Assembly: GCF_964204645.1 (NCBI RefSeq)
Contig: NC_134029.1
Coordinates: 5,084,001 to 5,148,000, forward strand
Length of the DNA: 64,000 bases
Direction: 5' to 3'
Source of the DNA: Tubulanus polymorphus
Lineage: Eukaryota > Animalia > Nemertea
Below the pieces are notes generated by a model, which was not told the origin of the DNA, ran no database searches, and worked only from the letters and a program-made list of their open reading frames with translations. The position numbers and the translations under genes were made by a program. Positions 1 through 10,004 of this stretch are shown in pieces (within the stretch, counting starts at the first letter, position 1; each line of letters starts with the position of its first letter).

Positions 1-1195
1 TTTAAATGAGAAAAAGACGACCTATCAATGCAGGACAAAATATTACCCGACAAAAACTGTAAAATTTCAGGCATATTAGAAACAAAACCCGCGAAAATAT
101 CAATAGTGGTTTTTGTATCATATATAGATTAACAGAATATGGCATCTTTCTGAACTTAATCTTCGATTTTTCAATAATCTTACGCAACGTATTACATTTT
201 TTTCTCCTACCATGGTTACAGTATCAATGTCGGCTGCATACAACGTCACAGTCGATTAACAAGTTGTTGCATCGCTCTCAGCTGCTTTGACGCAGTCTTT
301 GATGTCGTTGAAAATTTCATAACCGATGATAGAATGAGAAAACGCGAAGAGCCGCCGATACGTTCGCCAATGGGGATGATGGAAGTGAATTATTTTCGAG
401 AATGGAACCGCGAGAGATATTTGCGAGACTAGAAATGATTCCGGCGCAATCTTTTACAATCCATCTCATCCGATTTACCCTTCCTTGTCGATCGATCAGA
501 AGTTCCAATATAAGCACGTCGTCGAGCAAAGTCGTTAAAATTCAGAAAATCAAGTGATCTTAATGATGTCAGACTTTCAATTTTAAAACAGTTCCTTACT
601 GAAAACAATACCCACAATTTTTCGTATATAAATGCGCTTTAGCTGACGGAATGGAATTCAGAAAAATAGGCAAACCTTATCTTTATTTGAGTTTTCAAGT
701 TGTCAAGTTTGTTGATATTTGATTCTAGTTTTCGTTAAGACTCGATCGCGCAGCACACCCAGATACAACTAGACTTCAATAACAGCTCAGAATCTTTCGA
801 TAGAACAGCGAATGTTTTGTCTCCATTCTGAACAATTCGTTCACATTTGAAAATCAATATCCAACTGAAATTTCGATGTCATCTTAATTAAAGCGTTGTC
901 TATCATGTTACGCATCTTGTATTCCCTGGTGATACTTCAGCTCTTCATCAAAAACAGGTTGCAAGAATCTGTTGTCAAAATACTGATTTTGCTCGGTAAG
1001 GTGATAGGAAGTTTTGATGCACGGATGATATCGTCACGCGACATTGGATCAAAGTTTTACGCGAGCAGCCAAAAAATCACTGGAGACATCGACCAGCAGC
1101 CAAAAGAGAAACATTGGCTCGAGTCTGCAGTGAACTGATCTGAGTGTAGAGTTAACGAATAAAAACCGACTGTAGATCTGTAGAAACAGTTTATC

Positions 1196-1239
1196 TCCTT
1201 ACAGTTTCGAGGTAAAAACTAAACCTCATCTTCAGAGGA
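1196..1239 (-). ncRNA. Minimal type I hammerhead ribozyme motif (Penelope/retrozyme-type)
   Basis: The minus strand reads TCCT-CTGAAGA-T-GAGGT-ttagttttt-ACCTC-GAAA-C-T-GTA-AGGA-GATAAA. This gives stem I TCCT/AGGA, a CUGANGA core, stem II GAGGT/ACCTC, the GAAA box, a vestigial stem III and a GUA cleavage triplet. Confidence 0.6.
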
Positions 1240-1760
1240 ACAAAAAATATTTCTACGGATCTAATGTGGGTTTTCATTTGTTATTGGCTCGAGGTTTCTA
1301 AAAAAAAATTCTAAATAAAGATCTTCGGCGAATTCCCAAACGACGAAGCCACTTGGAACTGTTTTTTTTTGAAAGATTGAATAGGGCGTGCGATTAACAA
1401 GAATAACAAGAACGATAATTTGAAGATCTGCGTTAAAACTTGAACGAGGAAGTTGCTATGAGTTATCCTTACAATGTCATTCAAAGTAATTCTAAAAGTA
1501 AAATCGAAAGAAAGAGACCTTCATTAGGAAACCCTGCAACTACTTAGATAAGCTCAAATTAGTTCCGCTCCAGATGTGCCTCGTTAGCAAAATGGATTGA
1601 TAAAAGTCATCAGAAAATCATTGTAACAATCGATGAATTCTCCTTTGTAAATAACTTGACCAGAAAATGCGTTCCATCGCGTCACAGGACTACAGCTGTT
1701 GATATTAAGTGAACGTATGACAACATACACATTGGGCATATATTGTATATATAACTGTAT

Positions 1761-1798
1761 ATGAAGATGGATGTATCATTTGCGTTTCGTTCATGCAG
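1761..1798 (+). CDS. Arylsulfatase, predicted leader exon 1 (MKMDVSFAFRSC-R)
   Basis: ATG at 1761 and donor CAG|GTATCA at 1799. A 77-nt intron ends in ttttttccgttttatag at 1875. The phase-2 junction joins in frame with the sulfatase ORF and gives a basic-then-hydrophobic signal-peptide-like N-terminus. Confidence 0.55.
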
Positions 1799-1875
1799 GT
1801 ATCATGTAAAATCCAATGTATTCAAACATTTGGTCAAACAATCAAGCAATCAATATTTTTTTTTCCGTTTTATAG

Positions 1876-3319
1876 GTGTCGCCTTTATCATTTGTTATCG
1901 ATCTATATTACTATTCAAATGGCCTCTTCATCGTCTTCGAAAAGTCGTCCGAACATCATCTTCATTGTAGCCGATGATCTAGGATGGAATGACGTCGGTT
2001 GGCACAATCCAGCGATTATAACGCCGAACTTGGATAGTTTAGCCAAAACCGGCATCATCCTCAATCAGTCGTACGTGCAGCCGGTTTGCGCTCCATCTCG
2101 GGGAGCCTTTCTCACCGGATATTATCCATTTCACATCGGACTCGTGCAGCATTTTGCCACGGTTCGTCTACCGCTCAATTTGACGATCTTGCCGCAGAAA
2201 CTGAAGCAGGTCGGTTATAGTACGCACATAGTCGGAAAGTGGCATTTGGGTTTTTGCCATTGGGATTACACACCAACCTACCGCGGCTTTGATTCGTTCC
2301 TCGGTTTATATTTAGGGTCAGGAGGCCATTTTGATCATAAACATTCTGGCAAATTTGATCTGAGATTCAACACGGAATCCTCGTGGAATTTTAAAGACTC
2401 GTACAGCAGCGATCTATTCACTGCACGCGCTATTCAAATCATAAGGCACCACAAGCATTCCGAACCGCTGTTTCTTTATTTGCCTTTCCAAAATACGCAT
2501 GGACCACTCGAAGTTCCGGATAAATTCAAGAACCTTTACGAAGATATCCATGAAAAAAATCGCCGAACGTTTTCCGGAATGGTGTCAGCCCTGGATGCTG
2601 CAGTCGGAACTGTGACAACCGCTTTGAAAAACAACGGACTGTATGAAAATAGCATCATCATATTCACTACGGATAATGGTGGAACGCCAGATAATGCCGG
2701 TAACAATTGGCCGTTGCGCGGTAAAAAGGGTTCAGTTTGGGAAGGAGGCACTCGAGGTGTAGCCTTTATTCACAGTCCTCTCCTCGAAAAATCTGGATTC
2801 GTTTATAACGGTTTGATCCACGCTGTGGATTGGTTTCCGAGCATCTTATCAATGGCGTCAACGAGTACGAGTGATGATATAGATGGCGTTGATTTCTGGG
2901 TGAAGATCAAGGGCAATGAAACATCGTCTAGAACTAAATTCGTTTATGACATCAGCGAACGCCATAAAAAGGGCGCAATCCGTGATGGAAAATATAAACT
3001 TATCGTAGGTTATGGTGAAAATGCGGGAAGTTGGTATCCGCTAGATGGTAAAACGATCGATCCCCCTGATGACCCTTCGGGGGCATATCATAATGCTGAC
3101 CATACAACTTCCGGTGATGAATGGTCGTTTGAAGATGTGAAACTATTTGATTTGAGTAGAGACCCAACTGAACATAATGATCTATCGAGCAGATACCGCA
3201 AAAAAACACAACAAATGCTCGAAGAATTCAAGAATCAGTTGAAAACTCTGAAACACGAGAACCGCACTGTATTACATCCAACATTTGCCAATCGAACGTG
3301 GGGCCCTGGGTGGTGCTGA
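1876..3319 (+). CDS. Arylsulfatase B-like (ARSB/ARSI/ARSJ family, formylglycine-dependent sulfatase), main exon; ~493 aa spliced
   Basis: ORF 1793-3319 contains PNIIFIVADDLGWNDVGWH, the formylglycine motif CAPSRGAFLTG (CxPxR), GYSTHIVGKWHLG, PTYRGFDSF, PLFLYLPFQNTHGPL, TTDNGG, NWPLRGKKGSVWEGG, LFDLSRDPTE and C-terminal WGPGWC. Confidence 0.95.
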
Positions 3320-4546
3320 TCAACCGATTCATGCTAAATGACTTTCATTTACCTGACTAGTTCTCTGCCCTTCTTTAAAGAAAATTGGATTATCAAACAC
3401 AATTAATGTGCTATTTAACTTTGGACTCTGAACAATCAATTATGGCGGTTTATCCTTCTTTGCAGACTCATGAGACTTATGTCTAATTTATTGATTGGCC
3501 GAATACAGAACCAATTATCGATTTTATTGATGATTGATGGTGTAAAATCCGTTGTGTATATGATACCGAAATAAAATCAATATTAGGTTGAGGTGAAATC
3601 TAATGTAGAGTCATGGTGGTAGCCTATGAACTTCAAATGTCGGTGGTGGAGAACAGCACGTTATGGGCCACCGAATGATGGCAATTAATTCGAATTAGCT
3701 GATAATAAATCATACATCCCGTCAATGGCGAGATAACATAAAGCTTTATGATCCCATATCCCTGTATAGTAGATTAGACTGTCAAGTATTACCCACGATA
3801 CTAAGCAACTTAACAATTTCATGAGTAGAGCTGTATTTCCCGTAGGAACATAGCTTTGATCAAATTTTCTTCGTTTCCGTATAATAAAGAAGAGTTTTTT
3901 TGTGCATTCATCGCACATGATTTTTTTCCGAGGGACGCCATGTACCCGCAGCCCGCTGTGTTTTTATAGCGGATTATTCTTATCGCGTTCTGAAACCAAA
4001 TTTCTCGATGAATGTCTGTCGGCAAAATATCATGATACCAATCGGATGTAACAAGAGATAGCCTTTTGTGACCCGACAATCTTACTCCGAGTTCGATTCA
4101 CAACAAGAATTAATTTGTTCTGCTACAGCCGTCGTGGTGCGCTGGATTGATTATTGGGGATATGTTCGAAAACTAGATTGCACTGTCCGATAATTCATAC
4201 CATCTATTCAAATGGCATCTGTCGTAATGATTCGAATCACGCTGCTATATATAGTCTGTGACAAAAATATTTCGTCTTACGCCAGCTGAATTAATTTAAC
4301 GATGTGCGCCTTCAAAAGAAACGACAACGAGACATTTTCCAGAAACTTGGTTATATTCTCAGCGATGATATTACTATTGCGCAAATTGTAATTTTTTCAC
4401 TGTTAAAATACTTTTTCCTTTTTCCTAAACGCGATTCCACAATTGAGGTCGATTGTGGTTTCTACCATGTTTTGGCCAACTCTAAAGTATTTGGGATTCG
4501 ACCCTGAAATCAGCTATGCCGTTGTACTGCATCGAATTGCAACAAT

Positions 4547-4559
4547 CCAAAATGGCTGC
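4547..4559 (+). promoter_or_regulatory. YY1-type motif overlapping the PFDN1 start codon
   Basis: CCAAAATGGCTGC matches the AANATGGCNGC YY1 consensus, a common arrangement at housekeeping-gene starts. Confidence 0.35.
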
Positions 4560-4584
4560 TAAGGTTGACGAGGAGCTGAAAAGA
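4552..4584 (+). CDS. PFDN1: Prefoldin subunit 1, exon 1 (MAAKVDEELKR)
   Basis: ATG at 4552 and donor AGA|GTAAGT at 4585, phase 0. Resembles the human PFDN1 N-terminus MAAPVDLELKK. Confidence 0.92.
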
Positions 4585-5253
4585 GTAAGTTTTATCGTAA
4601 TTCCCGACCTCTCAGTCGTCCTTAGTAGTTGAAATCAGGTTTTATAAATAGCATAATGTCAATCGGAATTTATAATATAAGATTCGTTATTCTTGTCAGC
4701 ATTTTAGTTTGAGGGCGAGAGAAACTGAATCATAGCCTGGTAGTCTTCAATTCAATACAATTTTCACTTTATTTATCATACGGAGTCACTGCAGTTTACG
4801 TGGCCTTAATGGCTGTGTACCTAACCTTCTTACTATAACCCTAAACCTAGTCTGAATACCAGACGATGTATGGGTTCCCATACAACAACAAGATACTAAA
4901 CTACTCTCCTACCAGGGGTTTGATTGCTGCCCAGCGAAGAAAAATTCACACGCCAACAAACCCTTCCTTCGTCTTATACATTGCCTAAGATTTCTGAGGC
5001 GGACAAGCTCAGCCTAAACGAGGAAGACTCTACTCTCTGGTTGGTATATACCGTTTGTGGAACAGCGATAACCATCATGACCCTACACCTTGGTACCAGA
5101 TACCAAACCATCCATCAATATAGGTGTACTGAATAGGCCTATTTGAACCAATCGGTTAAATTTAAACAATTTTCTGGTGCTCCAACGTTTGTTGTAACGA
5201 AGTCCCATTATTGTAGTAGACTATAATTTGAATTTTCTTGCTATTTTTCATAG

Positions 5254-5420
5254 GCGTTCCAGGAACTGCAACAGAAAATGATAACTACGACTCAGCAGTT
5301 GAAAGTGTCCGACATGCAGATAGAAACATTGAAACGTCAGATCACGCACAAAGCCCTCGTCGAACAGGAACTCTCAAAACTTTCCGACGACACGAAAACC
5401 TACGAAGGCGTTGGAAGAAT
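5254..5420 (+). CDS. PFDN1: Prefoldin subunit 1, exon 2 (AFQELQQKMITTTQQLKVSDMQIETLKRQ...KTYEGVGRM)
   Basis: Acceptor tttttcatag at 5253 and donor AT|GTAAGC at 5421, phase 2. Contains the diagnostic YEGVGRM(F) hairpin motif of PFDN1. Confidence 0.95.
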
Positions 5421-5956
5421 GTAAGCTGAAAACAGGGGCAGAATAAATCCTGTTCGTTGATAAACGTTAACTAGTTTGCTGCCGGTTTACGAATATACGA
5501 ATATACGCCAGTGTCACTACAGATATATCCATAGCTGATTCTTCCTATTCACCGTTAGATATTTGCAGTCTGGCACACAGGAATGACAAAGTACCTTATT
5601 GGCTGGCGATGTGAACTTATTCGTCTTCATTCTCAATGTTCATTGGTCCAAATATTGGCTATATAACAGCTCCAGTGCAAACCTACGAGTGTATTTGTAT
5701 TGGCAATTGGGGGCGGCAATGTTTTATTTAGCTGGCAGGGAACACGTTAAAACGTTTTCTGATAAATCTGAGCCTTTAAAATTTTTTGAAACCGTTTAAG
5801 TAGTCACCATATAGAATTGAAGCAATGATAACTATTGAATATCATATTGAGCTAGGTGATGAAGACCTTGGTGCATAGAACATAGAACAGAGTTATATGT
5901 GGACGCAAACCGATTATATGGCGAAATATAATCATTGACATACTAGATATAGAATG

Positions 5957-6196
5957 CAGGGTCCGATCTATGCACTTGTTCGCCTGCCCGTGACAAGTAT
6001 ATTATCATAAGGGCAAGGAGGTAATCATTATCACTTGTCCTCCGGGCTAGTGTAATTTTATGTCTCAAAGCTTTTTGCCAATCGATACAACAGTTGGACT
6101 GCTTGTGTAGGGCAAGTAGCTTTCTAAAGGGGCAAGTAAAATTTCAGATATGCTTGCCCCCGGGCAAGTGGTTCTTATTCCTTAGATCGGACCGTG
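5957..6196. mobile_element. MITE (240 bp) in PFDN1 intron 2, with a 6-bp TSD
   Basis: TIRs cagggtccgatcta and tagatcggaccgtg (13/14 match), flanked by the direct repeat AGAATG (5951-5956, 6197-6202). Internal GGGCAAG/CTTGCCC subrepeats are present. Confidence 0.8.
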
Positions 6197-6336
6197 AGAA
6201 TGTGTCTCTTTTATTATATTATGGGTGATATTTGGATGTCGAGGTGTTACTGCAGTAAATTTTATTCAAAGTTTTCATCGATATTCAAATGTCGTTTCGT
6301 GTAAATTAAAAAAAAATTGATTATTTTCTTTGATAG

Positions 6337-6421
6337 GTTTATCTTGCAACCGATGCCCGTAGTAAAAAGCCATCTCGAGAAGAAGGTGAAGGTATCTGAA
6401 GAGAAAATCAAGACGATAGAG
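6337..6421 (+). CDS. PFDN1: Prefoldin subunit 1, exon 3 (FILQPMPVVKSHLEKKVKVSEEKIKTIE)
   Basis: Acceptor ttttctttgatag at 6336 and donor GAG|GTTTGT at 6422. Phases agree with the neighbouring exons, and it matches FILQ...EEKIK. Confidence 0.93.
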
Positions 6422-7322
6422 GTTTGTTCAGATATAGGTCTGACCGTATCGGCCCCACTCCGCGCGGTTGCGCCACGGCGCGGGATTTACGCGAAGCAGC
6501 AAACACAAACATGGCCACTCTCTCAATTTTCTATGATAGAAATCGTGTGTGCATTTCAATTATTTCGGCTGTTAGGGTTTTAAGGCACAATATAAGTTGA
6601 TGATGTGATATGGCGATGTTAATTAATGATAATTCCGCAGTGAAGCTAGTCACGAACGGTGCCGATTGAGTGTACAGCTGCTAAAAACACTGAAATGTGC
6701 GTAGTTGCGTAATTTGTAAAATAAATATGAGATAGAACCTAAGTTAAAATTCTGGCCATTTCTAAAATGTTATTACTAATTTTTAGTCAGTGCCGAACGT
6801 TTAGTTTTCCAACAATAATGAGGGGTGGTAGGTAGTCATGCAATTCAAGTCATCATTTATTACACGTTACTTCCGAGTTGTTGAAAATCTCGCGAGTCCT
6901 GGACCAAACCCCATTGAACAATGTGATCTGTGTGCTGGCCACAAATGCACACAGATCACACTACACTTCCCACAGCTTTCATATATCCATCCAAATATTT
7001 AGAGTGTCTTTCTTCCTGGATGGGGAGAGGGTGCATTTCCAGAGAGTTAATAACCAATGAAATACTTAATTACGGTAATGGTTAAACGCCTCAAATCCTA
7101 TTTCACCGGAGCCGCAGTTAGTATCACATGTAAGACATCTTCCTATAAACAACGAGAGCAAAAACATTTAGATGCATGTACATGTTGATGAATTTCGAGT
7201 TTCTTTCATCTTATTGGATGATTTCGAGTTTATCTCATGGCGCGGATGTGGTCATTTTTGTTTTGAGTTTTTGCTTTTCCGATGTTTCTTGTTTCTAAAA
7301 TAGGTTTCTTTCTCAATTGCAG

Positions 7323-7412
7323 TCGCAGAAAGTTTATTTGGAGCGAAATATGAAAGAAAGTGAGGACAATCTTAGAGAATTAGTGATGGCGAAACAACAA
7401 GCCAGATCATGA
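7323..7412 (+). CDS. PFDN1: Prefoldin subunit 1, exon 4 (SQKVYLERNMKESEDNLRELVMAKQQARS*); spliced protein 124 aa
   Basis: Acceptor tttctcaattgcag at 7322 and TGA at 7410-7412. Matches human YLERSVKEAEDNIREMLMARR. Confidence 0.93.
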   Translation, partial: SQKVYLERNMKESEDNLRELVMAKQQARS

Positions 7413-8040
7413 TCATGATCGCAATCATTCGGACATTTTGCGGCTTAGTAATCTGTGTTAATTTCTAATTGAGCTGATCGTGACTTCAACCAGTGCTGTA
7501 AGATCTGAAACCATAAAGGCTGTAGCCGCGATTGTTTGCTGTAAATTATTTGATCATAAAAGAACAAGTTTTATACGTACAAATCTCTAATTTGTTGTTG
7601 AGTTTGATCGTTACTTGAGGTTTTATGTGGTATTTTAATCATTTTAGTACTCATTCGGTATTTTGGTATTAAGTGAACTGTGGAAAACCGAAATCAAGGC
7701 AGTACTAATGATACCGAGTACCGTTAATATGGAGTTAACTGTAGATGGATATTCATCTGACAGATTATCGCAATTGTTCGGATGGAACTTTTAGATCATT
7801 TGGAACCACTGAAATTAACCCTATGGATGAGAAATACGGATTAAACATCATAATTTACCCTTGTGTACGGGGCCATATGTCCCGAACGACTGGCATCGTA
7901 CGTTTTGTCGCAGTCACTATTGACTATTACGCAATGGGATGTTAATGTCGTAGTCAATAACATGCGATACGACTTGGAATTGTCGATAACCTTTGTAACA
8001 GTACTTCGTTGTCAGACAGATAGTACTTGATAGGTAGACT

Positions 8041-8180
8041 GTTTATTTGAGATACGAGCAGTCGCCCTACTAATGCATAGTAGCTTTGTAAGGTAAATGA
8101 GTTCACCCATGAGTTTAGTCGCTCATTTACCCGATGAGGCTACTATGTATCAATAGCTAAAGCTCGTATTTTAAATAAAC
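8041..8180. mobile_element. Foldback MITE (140 bp) nested in the left arm of the outer element
   Basis: TIRs gtttatttgagatacgagc and gctcgtattttaaataaac (17/19). Internal pairing: catagtagc/gctactatg and ggtaaatgag/ctcatttacc. Confidence 0.75.
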
Positions 8181-8412
8181 TAGTTTAAATCCCCGGTTGA
8201 GAGTTCAAATGATTAAAAATCCATAGAACAAACAGTTTCATTTTTCATGCATAAATCATGTTGAATAAGCGCAACGTTTTCGAAGATTACAGACCTGTTT
8301 CTGTAATCTTATATCTTAACGTACTGTAGTTTTGCATCATTTGTGAGTTGTCTTGAGAAGGGGTATATGTAAACCCGAAAACGTTCGACTTATTCAACAT
8401 GATTTGTATATG

Positions 8413-9687
8413 AACTAGGGGTCCAGGGACACCATGCCCACTTGGGAAGTGGTTCCAAATGCTCAACAATCTAACAATTTCAATATTCAACGCCCCCTGG
8501 TGACCATATACAGAATCCAATGACCTTGAAACTCACCACAATCATAGAACATGTCAGCAGCTACGATTTTGTAATTGATTGTGATAAAATATGCCTCGTT
8601 ACCACTTTAATATGGAAATACTAAGTTATTCTACTATTCAACGCCCCCTGGTGACCATATTCAAAACCCAATGACCTTGAAACTCACCACAATCATAGAA
8701 CATGTCACGATCTATAACTTTGTAATTGATCATGGTAACAAAATATGCCTAGGTACCAATATAATAAGGAAATACTAAGTTATTCTACTATTCAACGCCC
8801 CCTGGTGACCATATAGAATAACTAATGGCCTTAAAACTTGCCACAATCATAGATGATGTCATGAGCTACAACTTTGCAATTGATTGTGGTTACAAAATAT
8901 GCATTGATACGAATATAATATAGAAATACTAAGATATTGCATTATTCAACGCCCCCTGGTGGCCATATACAAAAACCAATGACCTTGAAACTCACCACAA
9001 TCATAGAACACGTTATGAGCTACAACTTTCTTAATGATTGTGGTAACAAAATACGCTTAGGTATCAATGTAATGTGGAAAAACTTTTTCCCACTTACGAA
9101 CGAGTACTGCTGACACCAAGATGGCCGCCAATTGCGTCATAATTGGCTGATGAAAAATACCTGTCTCAGGTATAAAACATCCCTTTCCAAAGAATACCCA
9201 TCACAAATTGCAATGAGAAATGATAAACCAGTAGGAAGCTACAGGACTCAGAATTTGGGCCAAAATTAACATTTTTGGGCACTAAAAAGGTCATAGGACG
9301 GCCATCTTGAGTCCGATCGACCCAATTTTTGTTATGCTGATGGGCGCTGGGGGAATTCACATATATCCGAAAGATCAAGGTAATTGATCAAAGCGTCTTC
9401 AAAATTTCCCTCAAAAAGTTCAAAAATGTGTAAAAAGTGTTGATTTTGGCGAACAACAATGGCTGCCAGTCGGCCATCTTGAATCTGACAGGGCCAGTTT
9501 TTGGGCTGAAGATGTGTCTAGGGTAGATACATGTGTAACCCAAATATCAAGACATTACCTTGAAGCGTCTTCAAAACTTCCCAAAATAACTGGATTCCAT
9601 CTACGGACGGACGGACGGACGAACGGACGACGGACGAAAAATGAACGCAATAGCCCGCTGGGACTAAAGTCCCAAGTGGGCTAAAAA
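8413..9687 (+). mobile_element. Non-autonomous Helentron-type element (HINE/DINE-1/pearl-like)
   Basis: Perfect 12-bp subterminal inverted repeat gcccacttggga (8436-8447) / tcccaagtgggc (9670-9681). Also a 3' stem-loop at 9651-9683, an (ACGG)n microsatellite at 9603-9636 and an internal ~154-bp tandem array. Inserted in an A-run with no TSD. Confidence 0.8.
8484..9080. repeat. Tandem array of four ~151-154-bp units inside the HINE, each with a CTCF-like motif
   Basis: tattcaacgccccctggtg(a/g)ccatat...aatgaccttgaaactcaccacaatcataga recurs, with CGCCCCCTGG starting at 8491, 8642, 8796 and 8950. Confidence 0.92.
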
Positions 9688-9998
9688 TGAAGTCGTTTGT
9701 TCTTCTATGGATTTTTAAAACTAGTTTAAACCTATGAAGTACTACGTATCTGTTAATACGTTTTACTGATTGAACACCAGGTCAACAAGGCTCCTCTACG
9801 AATGTTCTCTTCGTTATTACAGTACTGACTGGACGTAATCACTAGGATCTTTACCTAGAATGGATTACAGTTTTTCCAAACGTTTTTCATTGATTTCGAA
9901 AATCTCCCGACACGCATATATCGGCATGGGGCGATATGAACGTGCCACACATAGATAACTAAAAAACGACAACTGTTTCAGGTTTATGAATTTAAAAT

Positions 9999-10004
9999 TT
10001 TATT
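9999..10004 (-). terminator. Candidate polyadenylation signal of the protocadherin
   Basis: AATAAA on - with several upstream TGTA motifs (10020-10112) and a GT/T-rich element downstream (~9960-9975). Confidence 0.5.

Larger units (their letters stand above)
8016..9753. mobile_element. Outer foldback MITE split by two nested insertions
   Basis: The left arm 8215-8282 is the imperfect reverse complement of 8376-8414 joined to 9685-9716. Outer parts 8016-8040 and 8181-8189 pair with 9718-9753. Confidence 0.7.

Noticed and set aside
240-1700. Possible degenerate coding sequence or transposase upstream of the sulfatase
   Set aside because: All frames are broken by stops and I could not recognise any domain.
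1793-1875. N-terminal extension MQVSCKIQ... of the 508-aa ORF
   Set aside because: It runs through a GT-AG segment with a polypyrimidine tract and is better explained as a 77-nt intron.
3685-4079. Overlapping minus-strand ORFs of 77 and 86 aa (GNTALL looks ankyrin-like)
   Set aside because: No extended motif, no convincing splice structure, and lengths are within chance expectation.
8484-9080. Regularly spaced repeats resembling a CRISPR array
   Set aside because: The whole ~154-bp unit repeats with no unique spacers, the context is eukaryotic, and there are no cas genes.
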